Origin: Octopus sinensis
Taxonomy: Eukaryota
NCBI RefSeq assembly: GCF_006345805.1
Contig: NC_042997.1
Coordinates: 90,830,001-90,894,000, forward strand
Direction: 5' to 3'
DNA: 64,000 nucleotides
The notes beneath the pieces are model-generated. The model saw only the letters and a program-made list of their open reading frames with translations. It had not been told where the DNA came from and did not search any database. A program made the translations under genes and the position numbers. Below, piece by piece: positions 9,825 through 23,330 of this stretch (positions within the stretch are counted from its first letter, which is position 1; each line of letters opens with the position of its first letter).

Positions 9825-10280
9825 AACCTTTTTGATACCAACCCACCTGAGACCACCTCTGGTTTTATAATATAAACTTCCTGTTTAAAAGTGATCTAAA
9901 TTACAATCTTTCATCAAAATTTCATGTCAATTTATGTTCCAAATAAAGGTACCAAGCTAGCAGAATTATTAGTACACTGGGCAAAATGCTCAGCAGCATT
10001 TGTCCATCCTTACATTCTACATTCAAATTCTTCCAAGATCAACTTTGCCTTTCATCCTTTTGAGGTCAATAAAATAAGTACCAGATGAACGCTGGAGTTG
10101 ATGTAATCAACTTACTCCTCCCCCAGAACTGCTGGCCTTGTGTTAAAATTTGAAATCAATTTATGTTCCAAATTGCATTTTAATAAAGACAAAGTTATTT
10201 TACTAAATAATTCATAATTTTCAAAACTGATTGAAACAGGAGCAATGTATTTCAACAGCAATAGGTAATGAAAGGGATAA
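9825..10280. mobile_element. Second piggyBac-type MITE (CCTTTTGATACC...), interrupted by a SINE; related copy at ~45900-46070
   Basis: taaccttttgatacc start; the interior matches 45900-46070 (gttattttactaaat); SINE inserted at ~9945-10160. Confidence 0.6.
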
Positions 10281-11191
10281 AGTAATATAAAAGTGAACTA
10301 AGACAAAACAGGAAAACTTCCTAATTTTATAAATTTGCAGCAAGTAGAAAATTCTTGTGAAAATAATTATGAAGAGTCTAAATTGACCTTTGAAAGCTGA
10401 TTTGTATTATATTGTACAGGAAGAGGTTCGATAAGATTATTTAGAAATACAGAAAAAGTTGAAAAGAAAAGAAGATGCAAAATGAAGGAGTATTTTAAGT
10501 ATGGATAAGAGCTAAAAGAAAATATTGAGAGAAACAATAAATTCACAAAATTCACTTAATTTCAGAAAACACAGTAGTGATAGAATGGAGTAAAATCAAC
10601 AAAATATGAATATATTCAACACTAAATTTTAACTGAGAAGAAAACGCACAACAGAGACATTCCATTAACCATAGAATTAGCAGTTTGATTAAAGATAATC
10701 AGGCCAATATTTTTTGTTTTAGGCAGAAATCAGCCCATAAAAAATTCTAATCATCTCAAATTTTGGTTTCAGCCATTACATCTTGGTAAAAAAAAAAAAT
10801 TCTCTCACATCTTTTTGAAAAACGCAACCAGAGACTCTTCCAGTCTACTCTCCCTAACAAGCTACAATTTAGAAATAGATATACAGGGGATTTTGCTGGT
10901 GAGGTGAAGTGGTATTTTTTGACAGCGTTATTAAGAGGAATTGATATATTAACGTATCAAAACACACTTCTATTTATTGGCTGCCATGAAACATCACTAT
11001 ATTCAAGAACATAGCAAGTATATAAATGAATTTAATACTAAACAACAAAAGTCGTTTTACAGATATTATATAATACGTTCAGTATTACATAGCAAGACCG
11101 CTGAATAAATAAAATATCATTTTAATGCATAAGTAGAAACACTGTCAATACGATATAGATGAAAACAATAAAGTTGTCAGAAGTTACCTAC

Positions 11192-11412
11192 CCTTCATCA
11201 GAGTCAAATTCTCCAGAGAGTGGATTATTGAGAATAATATCTGTTGTGTCTGAGACAATATCCAATTCAGGTTCACCATTATCCAACAATTTTAAATTGT
11301 AAATTATCACAAGGGTTCCAGTGGAAGAATTAATTTTGTCAAACTGAGCATAGAAATCTTCAAGATTTTTAAATGGGGAATACTTCAAGATTAAACTCAT
11401 CTCTAAGTCATG
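11192..11412 (-). CDS. MORC2: MORC2 coding exon 8 ([14 protein letters not shown]...[20 protein letters not shown]...DSDE-G)
   Basis: Acceptor tttatag; donor GG|GTAGGT; 221 nt; matches ORF-track 11188..11400. Confidence 0.95.
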
Positions 11413-12970
11413 CTATAAAGCAAAAGAAAGTGTAGATGAAAGATATTTGTACTAGACAGAGTCAATTTCTTCAAGTATATATGTGTGTGTAATGTGTAAA
11501 TACATATATTGCCAGTAATCCAAAAAAGAAACTCACACTAAAACATTAGAGTAGTAATATATTTATAAAGTTATGGCCAGTTGGAGAGTGACCCTTGGAT
11601 TCACACCTAGCTATATAGGCAACTCATCAGATTCAAATAGCCAGAGGCACATAACTATATAGACTTCTATGTTGGCATGGATTGGATAGTGTAACAAGAT
11701 TCAACAAGCCAGAGAATGGCACTAAGCTTTGATGGTCTGGCATGGTTTCTAAAGCTAGATGCCTTCCCTAAATCAACCACTTTACAGTGTACTGGGTGCT
11801 TTTCTTTTCATGGAACCAGCACTAGTGAAGTAACTTGCAAGACAAAGAAAAAAATCCCTCAACTGAGCGGGGAAGCAGTATTGAAGAAGATGGCTTTATG
11901 CCTGGTGTTAAGAGACTAAAATATGATGGAGGGACAGGCGTAGGTGTCTTGCTATGAAGGAGATATATGGCTAACCTGCATTACATAAAGGTAGAAGGGA
12001 GTAACTGGAAAGACAATGATGGTGGTGACAAAGTGTTAGAGTACTTAGTCTCAAGATTCAAGAAGATAAGTATAAGAGGAAATATGCACAAAGGATTAGG
12101 AAGGATTGATAAGTTCGTCAGTGTGAGAGGAAAGTGACAGGTGGTTGGAGCAAAGTTGGAGGTGCGGTTGATGGTAGATATCAGTATGGAGGTGGTAATG
12201 AAAGAAATAAGAGTGGATCAGGAATGAGGTGATCAGTGGCAGCACATGAAAGGCGAAGAACTGCAGTATTCTGAACATGTAGACAGATTAGAAAACAGGA
12301 AGATGATGTGTGTGGAGGGACATGAGAGAGAGAGAGAGAGACAGTAAAAGAGATGGATGTCAGAAGTACAAAAGTGAGATGAAGCTGTCAACAGCAGATA
12401 TGTGAGGATATTGAGAATGACAGTAGAAAATGACAGCAGATGAGAGGTGTTAAAGATGAGATATGGCAATCCGAAGGTATAGCACAGAGGAGAGGGAGAG
12501 ATAACTCATAGGAGATATAATTCAAGAAAGATAACTAGAAGCACAGAAAAAAGGCAATCAGAAGATTGTATGGGAAGGGATGATAGAAAATGAGGGATAG
12601 ATTTTAAAAGAAAGTGGTTCCAAGGAGTTAGAGTATGGACATGCCTCAATAGGTGTTTAAAATTAATATCTTATGATTTTTACTCATCTTAATGACACAA
12701 GTAGTAAAGTCTATTGAGTAGTAGAGTCTACTAATAAACTTCTCTTGCCAAAGAAAATATTTAAAGGAATAAATATTTACCAATTTTTAATCTTCAATCA
12801 AAAATCATAAATATAATGCAGTTTTACTCACAATAACAAAAATTTCATAAACTATTTCATAGAATATTTTACAAGGTCTAGAAAAACACAAAGGAATCAT
12901 CCAAATTTAAGACAGAAATGTAAAATAAATTATCAAGTTGACAGAGAAAACAAATTAATGAGCTACTTAC

Positions 12971-13045
12971 TTTTTCCAATGCTCGAACATTCTTAGCAAG
13001 AGGGCTTTGGGATTTAGTATCAAAAGAAGGAATTGGCACTACAAC
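12971..13045 (-). CDS. MORC2: MORC2 coding exon 7 (VVVPIPSFDTKSQSPLAKNVRALEK)
   Basis: Acceptor tttatag; donor GTAAGT; 75 nt, phase 0/0. Confidence 0.93.
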
Positions 13046-13269
13046 CTATAAAACATGAAGAAAAAGAGTATTAGATAAGATTGAAATCTTCTCAGAAAAA
13101 TTCCATTTTCCTATATCTTATGACCATAAGTGAGAAAATGAAATTTGTGCGATATGGGTGAATAGAAAAGTATAGAAAATAGCTCATGTGACAAGCATAT
13201 AGAATGTTTTTTTAATAATTTGAAGACCTCACAAATTACTAATGCCAGTAATTTCAAAACATAAATGCA

Positions 13270-13650
13270 GGCAAGGTTGTGTGATTAAGAGGCTTATTTC
13301 CTGACTATGTGGCCTTGGGTTTAGTTCCACTGCACAGCACCATGGGCAAATGTCTGCTACTGTAGCGCCAGGCAAGCCAAGACCTTGTGAGTGGATTTAA
13401 GACAGAAGCTGAAAGAAGCTTGGAAGGAAGGAATGAGAGTGAGTGCGTCTTTGTGTTTGTCCTCCACTACTGTTTGACAAGTGTCGGTTAGTTTACATCT
13501 CCCTTACTTAGCAGTTCAGCAAAAGTGATCAATAGAATAAGTACCAGGCTTAAAAAATAAGCACTGGAAATGATTTGTTCAACTGAAGCCTTCAAGAAAG
13601 TGCTCCAACATGGTTGCCGTTCAATGACTGAAACAAGTAAAAGATAAAAG
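13270..13650 (+). mobile_element. tRNA-derived SINE family A; other copies or fragments at ~140-355, 1700-1915, 2575-2885, 14255-14400, 15215-15360, 21890-22260, 26245-26340, 27083-27240, 31790-31915, 33310-33430 and 50270-50572
   Basis: Recurring blocks ggcaagtgtcttctactatagcc / gtgagtggatttggtagayggaaactgaaagaagcc / gatagaataagtac.aggctta and a gactgaaac..gtaaaaga.aaaaga tail. Confidence 0.85.
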
Positions 13651-14833
13651 ATATATACAAATAGTTGTTATTCTATAGATACTAACATTTATTATAGATA
13701 TTATAGAGTCAGGAAAAGTATGAAACATCATCATTATTATTGTTTTAATGTCAGCTTTTCCATCCTTACATGAGCCAGACAAAATTAAATGAGGCAGATT
13801 TTCTGCATCTGGGTGCTCTTCTCATCACCAATCTTCATTTGTTTCCAAGCAGGTCAATATTTCCCCTGCTTCAAACACAGACAGCATTTTCACAGAAGCC
13901 TGCAAATGAAAGACACCACCTGTATGATGGTAATTATCATCATCGTTTAACGTCCGTCTTCCATGCTGGCATGGGTGGAACAGGAGCCAGCCAGGCAGAA
14001 ACCTGCACCAGACTTCGGTGGTAATACTCATCTACAATTAGTACATGATGTCAGGACAAATAGATGCAATCAAAACATACACACATCCATCAGAGAGTTA
14101 ATATCACTGTTGATAACAGACTTCTCTCTCAGAGTGAAAAGCAGACTGTGTGATACTCATATAGAAACGAAACAGCGATGCTACATGGAAGTAAGACATG
14201 GGTCCTGACTGTAGAGGACTTGTAAAGAAGGAAAGAAAGAGGGACACACATACCACTGGTTTCTATGTAGTTTCCATCTATCATTTTCACTCATAAGGCA
14301 ATGATTAGTCCAACACAATAGTAGGAGACACTTGCCCAAGGACTGAATCTAAAAGCAAGTGGTTGCAAAGTGAACCCCCTTATCACACAACCATGTCTAC
14401 CTCTATCTACACCTGCATTTAGTGCCTATATTTTGCATTCTAAATTCTTTCTGTTATGATAAATTAAAATTTAGATACATTCTTGTCCACTTCAGTCATA
14501 ATTGCCTTAATCCAGGACATCATCATCATCAACAACATTTAATGCCTGTTTTCTATGCTGGCATACGTTGGACGACTTGACAGGAACTGGCAAGGCCAGG
14601 AGCCACACCAGGTTCCATAGTTTGTTTAACTTGGTTTCTACTGCTAGATGCCCTTCCTAAAACCAACCACTCCACAGAGTGTAAGGTTGAGATTAAATAA
14701 TATAAATTTGTCCTATTGACGCAATCAAAATGCCTTGAGCTTCAATATTTTTCTGAATTTAGAATGTAATGATTAGACATGGTCTATGCAGATTTTATGC
14801 TATAACAGATTCCTCAAGCAACTTTATAGTTAC

Positions 14834-14942
14834 CTCATCTATACCTTCTTCTTCGTGGAATGTTCGGGATAGAAATAAACATGACATAGTGGTTCCCTTT
14901 TTTGTAAAAATAATCATGTCATTCCCAATACGCATTGAGCCT
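14834..14942 (-). CDS. MORC2: MORC2 coding exon 6 ([36 protein letters not shown])
   Basis: Acceptor tttttcag; donor GTAACT; 109 nt, ends phase 0. Confidence 0.96.
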
Positions 14943-16335
14943 CTGAAAAATACAAATGCATAAAATATTATTATATATTCCTAATCCATTCAGTTTCTTT
15001 GCAAAATAATTCTCTGAAATCACACAAGCATCAATACACAAGAAATTGAATCTCTTTCAAGTAAACTTTAAAAAAAAAATGATCTTGTTTTATATGCAGG
15101 TCTACAGATTGCTTGCTAATGAATCTTTTTGCAGATAAAATCAAATTTTGGTTAAGGATCTGTTTACATTTAATTAATATATTTCCCTTATGACAAAGGA
15201 ATATATATACAGATGCAGATGTGGTTGTATGGTAAGAAGTTTGCTTCCCGACCATATGATTTAGAGTTCAGTTCCACTGTATGGCACTTTTGGCAAGTGA
15301 CTTCTATTATAGCCTTGTCAGTGGATTTGGCAGATGGAAACTGAAAGAAGCCCATCATGTATATGTGTGTGTGTTATTGTCTCCTTGCTTTGACATTGCA
15401 TGATACTTGTGAATGTCACTTATGTGAACACTGTTTTGTTTCTTATGTTCTGTGGAAAGATGTCTGGTCATGGGATGATATTACTTTACTTGGAAACAGG
15501 CAAGTGTTGGTGTCAGGAAGAGCATCCATCTAGCTGTTGGAAATTCATCTCAACAAATCCTGTTTGACTCATGCAAGCATGAAAAAAGTGGATTTTAAAA
15601 TGATGATGATGACATACATCCCTTATAACCAAACATAAACATGTCCAGGACCAAAGTTAGTTTCATCGATAAGACAATTCATCAGCAGGTAATCAATAAA
15701 CCTGTGTATTAAACAAGATCATTCAGTTTTCTTTTTTTGTTTTGTTTTTTGAAGTTTTTCATTTGAAGGAGAACCAAGCTTGAAGGGAATTTAACTTTAT
15801 GAACATATAAATAGATGTAATTAGCAAATAATACATGTAAGTATATATTAATTCATTTGTTCGTCTAATGTCTGCTGTTCCTTGCTAGTATGGGTTAGAT
15901 AGGAATGTATCAGGAGCAGGATTTTGCAGCAGGATGTTTTTCCAGTCACCAATCTTTACCTGTTTTTCAAGTAAGGGATTTTTTATTCTACAATTCTTCA
16001 TACGTGCAGAGCAACTGGTCATAATGTCAACAGGGAATGTAAAAATCATTCACCATTCACTCAAGCAAAGCTGTAGAAAGTCAACATTCACGTGTGTGTA
16101 CATACACAAACACAGACAGTAACACTGTGTGACTGGTTCTACTAGCACCACTTAACACAGGAACTGAAGGAGCAACAACAATAGCAAAAAAGCACAATTC
16201 CTACATTGCTCTCTATATACACAATGGCTAATGCTAAGTCTTTCTGTTACATATTCATCTTATACTTCATCCTGTTCTATACAAGTTTTTTGTAAACCAC
16301 ATTAAAAAAATCATTATAACAGTGTAAATACATAC

Positions 16336-16426
16336 GATTTCAAGCCATTGCCATACATTCCAATCTGTTGGGAATCTGCTGACTTCTTGGAAGATTTGCC
16401 AAATGTTATAATATCAGCAGTTTCAT
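16336..16426 (-). CDS. MORC2: MORC2 coding exon 5 (ETADIITFGKSSKKSADSQQIGMYGNGLK-S; ATP lid)
   Basis: Acceptor ccacag; donor GTATGT; 91 nt. Confidence 0.96.
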
Positions 16427-16594
16427 CTGTGGAGAAGAATAAGCATCAATATAGATCAATGAAAGCAAAATGTAAAGATTATGACATTTTATTTTGTTAA
16501 GCAAAATTAATTTGTATGGAGCAAATATAGACAACTTGTATCAAATTAACAGAAATACAACATAATTTAATTCTTGATCTGTTTTGTGAACATA

Positions 16595-17107
16595 TCTATA
16601 TATATAAAACTGTAGTTGTGTGAGTGTCTGTCCCCTTCGATTTAGATTCCTAACTACTCCCACATTTTGCAGTGCAGTTTAGCCAAATTCGGGTATCTTA
16701 TAGTCGTGATTCATATCGAGCCTGTCTGAGTATTAGCACGTGTTTACGATGAGTCTACGATTTTAAAAATAATTTAACATCATTTTTTATTCCATTTTAA
16801 TGCATAATTTTTCGTGTGTCGATGGCAGCGGAGTTGGCGTCCATGGTCACACCTGCACCTGTTTGCTTCTCCCCATTCTTCCCTCCCTCGTGAAGCTGTG
16901 GGGAAGGGAGTGTAAGGAAATCAACGTCGTAAAGCGTTGTCAAGAAGACCAGCGTTCTTTTAGAACAACGACTTCATGGCTTGAAGACACCAAAACAGAA
17001 ATGGCTAAGAAAGCCCGAATTGGCATCTATAAGGAAAGTAACTCTCTAAAAATGCTTATATAGTTATTTCCCTTACAAACCCGAGCAACGCCAGGCGATA
17101 CTGCTAG
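16595..17107 (+). mobile_element. Non-autonomous Helitron
   Basis: A|TC start (TCTATATATATAAAAC), subterminal GC hairpin, CTAG|T end, no TSD. Near-identical 5' 200 bp and 3' end shared with 25409-25791. Confidence 0.85.
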
Positions 17108-17820
17108 TTTCTAATAAAAATATTCTGATTTATGTTTCAATTTTCAAAAAAATAAAAGCTTTTGAGAAGTTTAGTGAAATACCTATGCTCCAACTTGATA
17201 AAAGATGTTTATCTTAACACTAACTTTTTAACATTTAATCCAGCCATATCCACCGGAATATTCTACCTGTTCTATGTTAAAACTGACTATATCCAACCTC
17301 CCATACCTACACTACAATGTCATTCAAAAACTTTACAAACACACCGCTGATATCTTGAAGCTACAAAATAATGGGTGATGAATTCAAAACAATGTAAATA
17401 TACAAGCAATACATTTGACAAAGAAATTTGAATGCTAAAAGGTTAATAGAGAGCATTTGGGACAAGCTGGAGTCAAATTGATTAACTAAGATATATGTCT
17501 CTGGAAAGATGCAGTTGGTTAAGTTGGTAATATATCTGACTATTAACAAAAGGGCTAACAGACAGTATCCTAAAACCAGTCCTCAATTATTAGCCAAAGT
17601 TCACTCCATCAGTGTCCAGATTGTCAGTGTCAAGAGGTACATCACATAATTTGATTTTGGCTTGCTTTAATGAGTTCCAATCCTTACTGGAATGTTGACT
17701 AAAGTGGGATAGTAGTTTGAACCTCACTTGCACAAAATTCATTTAATGAAAAATTATCTTTAAAAAGTGATTTCTGTATTAGACACCATAGCATCATAAT
17801 AGTTAAATTTGCATTCTTAC

Positions 17821-17889
17821 TTGGATCCATGCCTTCGCCATCATCAAGAAAACACATCATAAAGCCACCTCGAAGACTTTCATCTTCCA
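17821..17889 (-). CDS. MORC2: MORC2 coding exon 4 (EDESLRGGFMMCFLDDGEGMDP; GHKL motif II)
   Basis: Acceptor ttttcag; donor GTAAGA; 69 nt. Confidence 0.96.
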
Positions 17890-18258
17890 CTGAAAATGAA
17901 CAAAAGATTTTAAGTAAATGCAGATGACAAAAATATAAATTTTAGCAACTGAAAAGAACACTTTCATTTTTCCAAGAATGGGATCTACCCGAAATATCAA
18001 CATACGCTTCTCTTCACAAATTTATTTCTCTCTTGTTTTTTTCTTTTTTTTAAACAAAATAACATCATAACTCGTTTCGTTACACTAGGTTTTATGTTTA
18101 CTTGAAAGTGCTCGCAAGATCAAGGGTATACAACTGCTTAATAGATTGCTACAAAAATATTTTTATATTATCTGACAGCATAAAATTCTACATAAATTAT
18201 TTCACAAGTACACAAGGGTTTCATTTTTATAAAACTAGTGTTACTTGTCATATGACAG

Positions 18259-18290
<32 letters not shown>

Positions 18291-19283
18291 TAACTATGGA
18301 ACTACTTTTTTTTTTCCATCACCATGGGTAATATCAGGAGATACAGCATATATATACAATAATTATAATTTAACTTTCATCAGATTCCTTGGTGCTGATA
18401 CAAAAAAGCAATGAAACAAGTACTAATTTTCAAAAGAAAAAAATATTACCTTAAAAAAATTAGATAAAACAAATCTCTCATTTTTATATTTGTAATATAG
18501 ATTTATTGGTTTTCTAAATTTTATCAGCATAATCACAGTTTGTCCCATCAAAAACCTATTTCTACAAAATTTAATTTTAAAAAATATACATTTTTCAGAA
18601 AGTTATAAGAATCAAAATACATGGCAGGGAACCAGATTGAAGTTATGCCTGCCTCTCTCTCTTTCTCTCTCAATATATAAGGTGAACTGGCAGAATCATT
18701 AGCCTGCCAGGAAAAATATTTAGTGACATTTCATCTGTCTTTACATTCTCAGTTCAAATTCCGCTGAAGTCGTCGTCTTTGCTTTTCATTTGGGGTCAAT
18801 AAAGTAAGTACCAGTTGAGCACTGGGTCAATGTAACTGACTTACCTACTACCCCAAAATTGCTAACCTTGAGCCAAAATTTGAAATCAATATATATATAT
18901 ATATATGTGCACTCTGCAATATTCTAATACTCTTCTCTTTGCTGGGTGTAGTAGTACTTGCCTAAGTGTCAAAGTTAAAACATTTATCATAATATTGATC
19001 ACTTTGACCAGAATCAAAAACAATATTTATTATACAGGTAAAATAAAGGTACCTGAATTAACTTCAGTATAAAATTGGTACTCATTTTATCAAACCTTAG
19101 AGATTGTTGACAAATTGGAGTATTTAGACTTAGAATGTAAAAAAGTGCAACAAAATAATGCAAAATATTTTTAATGTTGAGCACTCTACTGATTCTACCA
19201 AATTACCAACTTGAATTGATTGAATATTTAAATCCATGGATTTTGTTAAATCAGTATTGTTAAAAAGAAATAAAGTTACTTAC

Positions 19284-19318
19284 ATGTATAGATGTTCATT
19301 TTTGTGGCAGAGGCATCT
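19284..19318 (-). CDS. MORC2: MORC2 coding exon 3 (DASATKMNIYT)
   Basis: Acceptor ttttcag; donor GTAAGT; 35 nt; phase fits both neighbours. Confidence 0.93.
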
Positions 19319-19825
19319 CTGAAAAAAAGAAAACATATTCAACAGAGTGAAAAATTAAATAAATTGTAAGCATGCGTGCACGCATACACACATGCAATCT
19401 TTTACTTGAGTTTTACAGGTTGTAAAGGGCTGTTGCATGGTGGAGAAGAAAATTATAGAGAAGAAATTTATTTTAAGCCCCTACTTTCTCCTGCAGCCAG
19501 CAACCTATTCTTCTGGACAGAGCAAAAATACTGCAGCATATCTTAACATAAATATAGTTAGCATCTGACTCAATATCCTCTAAAACAGTGCCATACACAA
19601 TGTCTACAAGTTCATATTAGAGTTTTAAAAAAAAGTCTTTCTTCAGTTCTGATATACTCCCTTTGTGTTTATTTAGATCTTCTTCATCTGAGCTCAGTCG
19701 TTGCATGAATTCATGTTGAAGCACCTTATTAGGAGCAATAGGGAGAGATAGATGCTTCTATATAGTTTTTCAGTCTGTTTCCTATTTTCATATTAACTTT
19801 AAAAAAAATTTTAATGTAATTATTA

Positions 19826-20730
19826 TCAGGTCATTAAGAATGAAATGCCCAATTTTAAACTGAAAGTTTATTTTATTTTATCTCAACAAAAAGCAATGCA
19901 GTTAATTAAAGTATGCACCTAAATTATCAACACAATTTTGCCATTTTATTGGTAGTTTATTTATGCTGGCAGCAAAGAATTCTGGAGAACAAGAGGTGAT
20001 GAAATCATGAACGGCTGTTTTTGTATCTTCTTCAGATTTGAGATTTTTCCCTTGCAAAAGGTTGTCTAATACCTGGAAAACATGATAGTCAGTTGGTACA
20101 AGGTCTGGTGAATATGGAGGATGACAGAGTACTTCCAAGTTCAATTCCTGTAACTTGAGTAGTATTCTTTGTGCAACATATGATCGAGCATTGTCTTGCA
20201 AGAGAATTGGCCTGTCTCTATTGACCAATCTTGATTGTTTAATTGCAAGTTCACTCATCATTTCATGCAATTGGCTGATGTATATATACATCTGCTGTAA
20301 TTGACTTAACAGGTCTCATGAAGCCGTAGTGGATGACACCAGCACTGGACCACCAAACAGACACCATTAGCTTTTTTTTTGGTGAATATCTCTATCCTCC
20401 ATGCAGAACGCTTCCTATTGTTGAAGAGAATCTATTTTTCAACACACATAACAATATGATGCACAAATGGTTTGTTTTTTTGCCATGACAGCAAAGAACA
20501 GCAAGTTTCAAGACAATGTGTCATTTGATACTCGTTCAGTTCATGTGGTACTCACTTGTCCAGCTTCTTTACCTTGACAATTTGTTTCAGATGGTCCAAT
20601 ACAGTTGGAACTGAACCATCAAACCTTGCTGCTAACCAATCCATACTCCATTGTGATTTCTTAAAGTGATGCCAAATTCTCTCTCGTAACCAACATCTTT
20701 CTTCATTTCTATAACAACATTTTTTCACGC
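19826..20730 (-). mobile_element. Mariner transposase pseudogene (Hsmar1/SETMAR-like), 5' part lost or interrupted by a SINE
   Basis: LLQDNARSYVA...LCHPPYSPDLVPTDYHVF...KLPIKWQNCVDNLGAYF, plus upstream KKLDK*VPHEL and LMVSVWWSSAGVIHY; TA and TIR-like end near 19826. Confidence 0.9.
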
Positions 20731-22329
20731 AAGTGGTAGTATTGATGATAATGATCGTCATCATCATTGTCATCATACATCCATTTTCTATGCTGCATGG
20801 GTTGGATGGTTTGGCAGATGATTGCAAACCAGAGGACTGCGCCAAGCACTATTGTCTGCTTTGGCATGGTTTCTACAGCTAGATACCCTTCCTATTGCCA
20901 ATCACTTTACAAAATGTACTGGCTACTTTTAACATGGCACCAGCACTGGTGAGGTTGCCAAGTAATTTGCAAGACAAAGATCCCTTAACTAAGATGAACA
21001 ATATTTTTATTTAAAAAATATAAATTGAACATGAATTTTCATAAAATGTTAAAATGTTCCACTAAACAATTCCACGAGTTCTGTCCTCTAATAAAATTAA
21101 CAAATCTTGAGGACACTACAAATTTTAGAGAGCACATGTTTGTTTAGTTGTGCAGAGACCTTATCATCTTCTTTAGATTTAACAACTTCTTCTTACAGCT
21201 GTTTCAATCTTTAAGAAATATTGTTTTTGTGCACATTTGGTTCAACATGAACGAACGGAAATAATTCAACACAAGTAAGGTTTTCATGCTCCCACACTGA
21301 AATGCAAAAGATTTACATGAGAAGTGAAGGCTAGCAAACTTTTGCTGCCTTAAATTTAAGCCCCATCATATTTCTATTCATTCGTTGACATGGTTTATAC
21401 ACTGAGAATTTAATGGAAAAGATTTTGTTATAATTTTTGTCACCACTGAGTTTCATTTTTAAATTCATCATTATCATCATTGTTTTGAAGCCCATTTTTC
21501 CATACTTACATAAAAAAGTAGGCGTCAGATGAGACTTCACAGTAAAAGAATTTTCCATAAGCAGACGCCTTCCTCTTACTAACCTTCACCTGTGTACACA
21601 CGCCCAAATCTATCAAACAAAAGCCTAGAAATGCTTTCATAGTGAACAGCAGACACACAACATTCTTTGTATTAATAGTGATGCTTTGTTTACAATCAGC
21701 AAGCACATGCCAGGACACATTAAGAAACCAGGACATGCTTTCAAGGACTGCTGACAAAAGACAGAATTTGTGTGAACAGAGATACTTTGTTTAAAATAAG
21801 TGCTCACATGACACGATGACTAGTCACACGCATGCACACACACACACACACACAAACAAACATACATATACATGTGTATTTACATGTCTTTTATCTTTTA
21901 CTTGCTTCAGTCACTGAACACTGGCTATGCTGGGGCACCACTTTGAAGGATTTTAGTTGCACAAATCGACATTAGTCTCTTCTTGAGCCTGATACTTATT
22001 GTATTGGTCTCTTTTGCCAACCACTAGGTTATGGGAATGTAAACAAATCAACACTAGTAGTTAAACAGTGGAGGGGGCAAACAAACACAAAGGCACACAC
22101 ACATACACACACACATAGATACACATATGACAGGCTTCTTTCAGTTTCCATCTACCAAATTCACTCACAAAGCTTTGGTTGGCTCAAGGCTATAATAGAA
22201 GACACTAGCCCAAGGTGTTACACTGTGGGACTGAACCTGGAACCATGTGGTTGGGAAATATATATACATATGCATATATGTGGTACTCATCTATACTAAC
22301 ATTTAGCAAACTATTGAATGTATGCATGG

Positions 22330-22900
22330 AATGTACATACATGTAGGCACATTTTTTAACCTATATACATGTTACTGATTTTGAATGTAAGCATGAAGTA
22401 TCAGTCATGGTTAATGTCAAGACTGACTGTGTTATTGTGTAGCTGTAATATTGTGGTGTGTTATTGTGTAGCTGTAATATTGTGGAAGTGAAACAAGATG
22501 CTGTCCAACAACTTGATAGATTGTGATATATTGACAATATAAGATAACGTTGTCACTGGTATAATTCATACAAGTTGAATTAAGTTCAAAAGACTTTTAA
22601 AGATGGTAAAATTCAGTGATGTAACAGGGTTGCCAATAAGAAAATTCAATCGTTCCTTTTCTCAATTGAAGGATAATATAGCTTCTAGTATATATGACTT
22701 GTTGCTTGCTAGGGATGATTGTGGCAGCTGCCAGTCCTAAGCTAGGCTGCTTTATTTCTCTATTCATTTCTGCTAACATTTTTCTTTTCAACTACTAGAC
22801 ATGAACAAGTCAAAAATCTTTGGGGTAATTTTCTCCAATCCCCTGTGCCAGTAACTTTGCTTACATTATCAAGTTAGTTACATATAACGTGACATCAAAC
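22330..22900 (-). mobile_element. Possible hAT dimerisation-domain remnant (ZMYM1-like)
   Basis: FTIFKSLLNLIQLV*IIPVTT resembles FP.L..LL.I.LTIPVT; weak. Confidence 0.3.
22428..22485. repeat. Perfect 29-bp tandem duplication
   Basis: tgtgttattgtgtagctgtaatattgtgg x2. Confidence 0.9.
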
Positions 22901-23019
22901 CAAGGCAAGTCTGAAAATTTTGTTTGCACAATTAGTGAAGCATGATGCAATAATCATCTGCTTGGATAGGTCTTATTTTTTTCTTTTCTGTCTGAATGCA
23001 CAAAGTAGTGCATAAAAAT

Positions 23020-23330
23020 CATCATCATCATTTAATGTCTGTTGTCCATGCTGGCATGGGTTGGACAGTTTGACGAAGCTGAGGAGCTACACCAGACTCC
23101 AGTCTGATTTGGCATGGTTTTTACAGCTGGATGCTCTTCCTAACACCAACCACTCCAAGAGTGTAAGGGTGTTTTTTGCATGCCAGTTGCATGACAACAG
23201 TATCTACCACAACTACAATTTCACTTAGCTTGATGGGTCTTCTACTCGAGCACGGCATTTTGCCAAAGGTCTCAGTCATCATTATCATCATCGTTTAACG
23301 TCCACTTTCCACGCTAGCATGGGTTGGACG
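23020..23330 (-). mobile_element. (CAT/ATG)n-tailed SINE or RTE-partner family C; other copies at ~1480-1700, 4170-4330, 11690-11900, 13730-13990, 14518-14690, 15420-15612, 20745-20990, 25965-26240, 26800-27070, 29530-29750, 32580-32800, 34315-34550 and 41400-41585
   Basis: Recurring catcatcgtttaacgtcc...ccatgct.gcatgggttgga...ggatgcccttcct...ccaacc next to (CAT)n. Confidence 0.8.
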
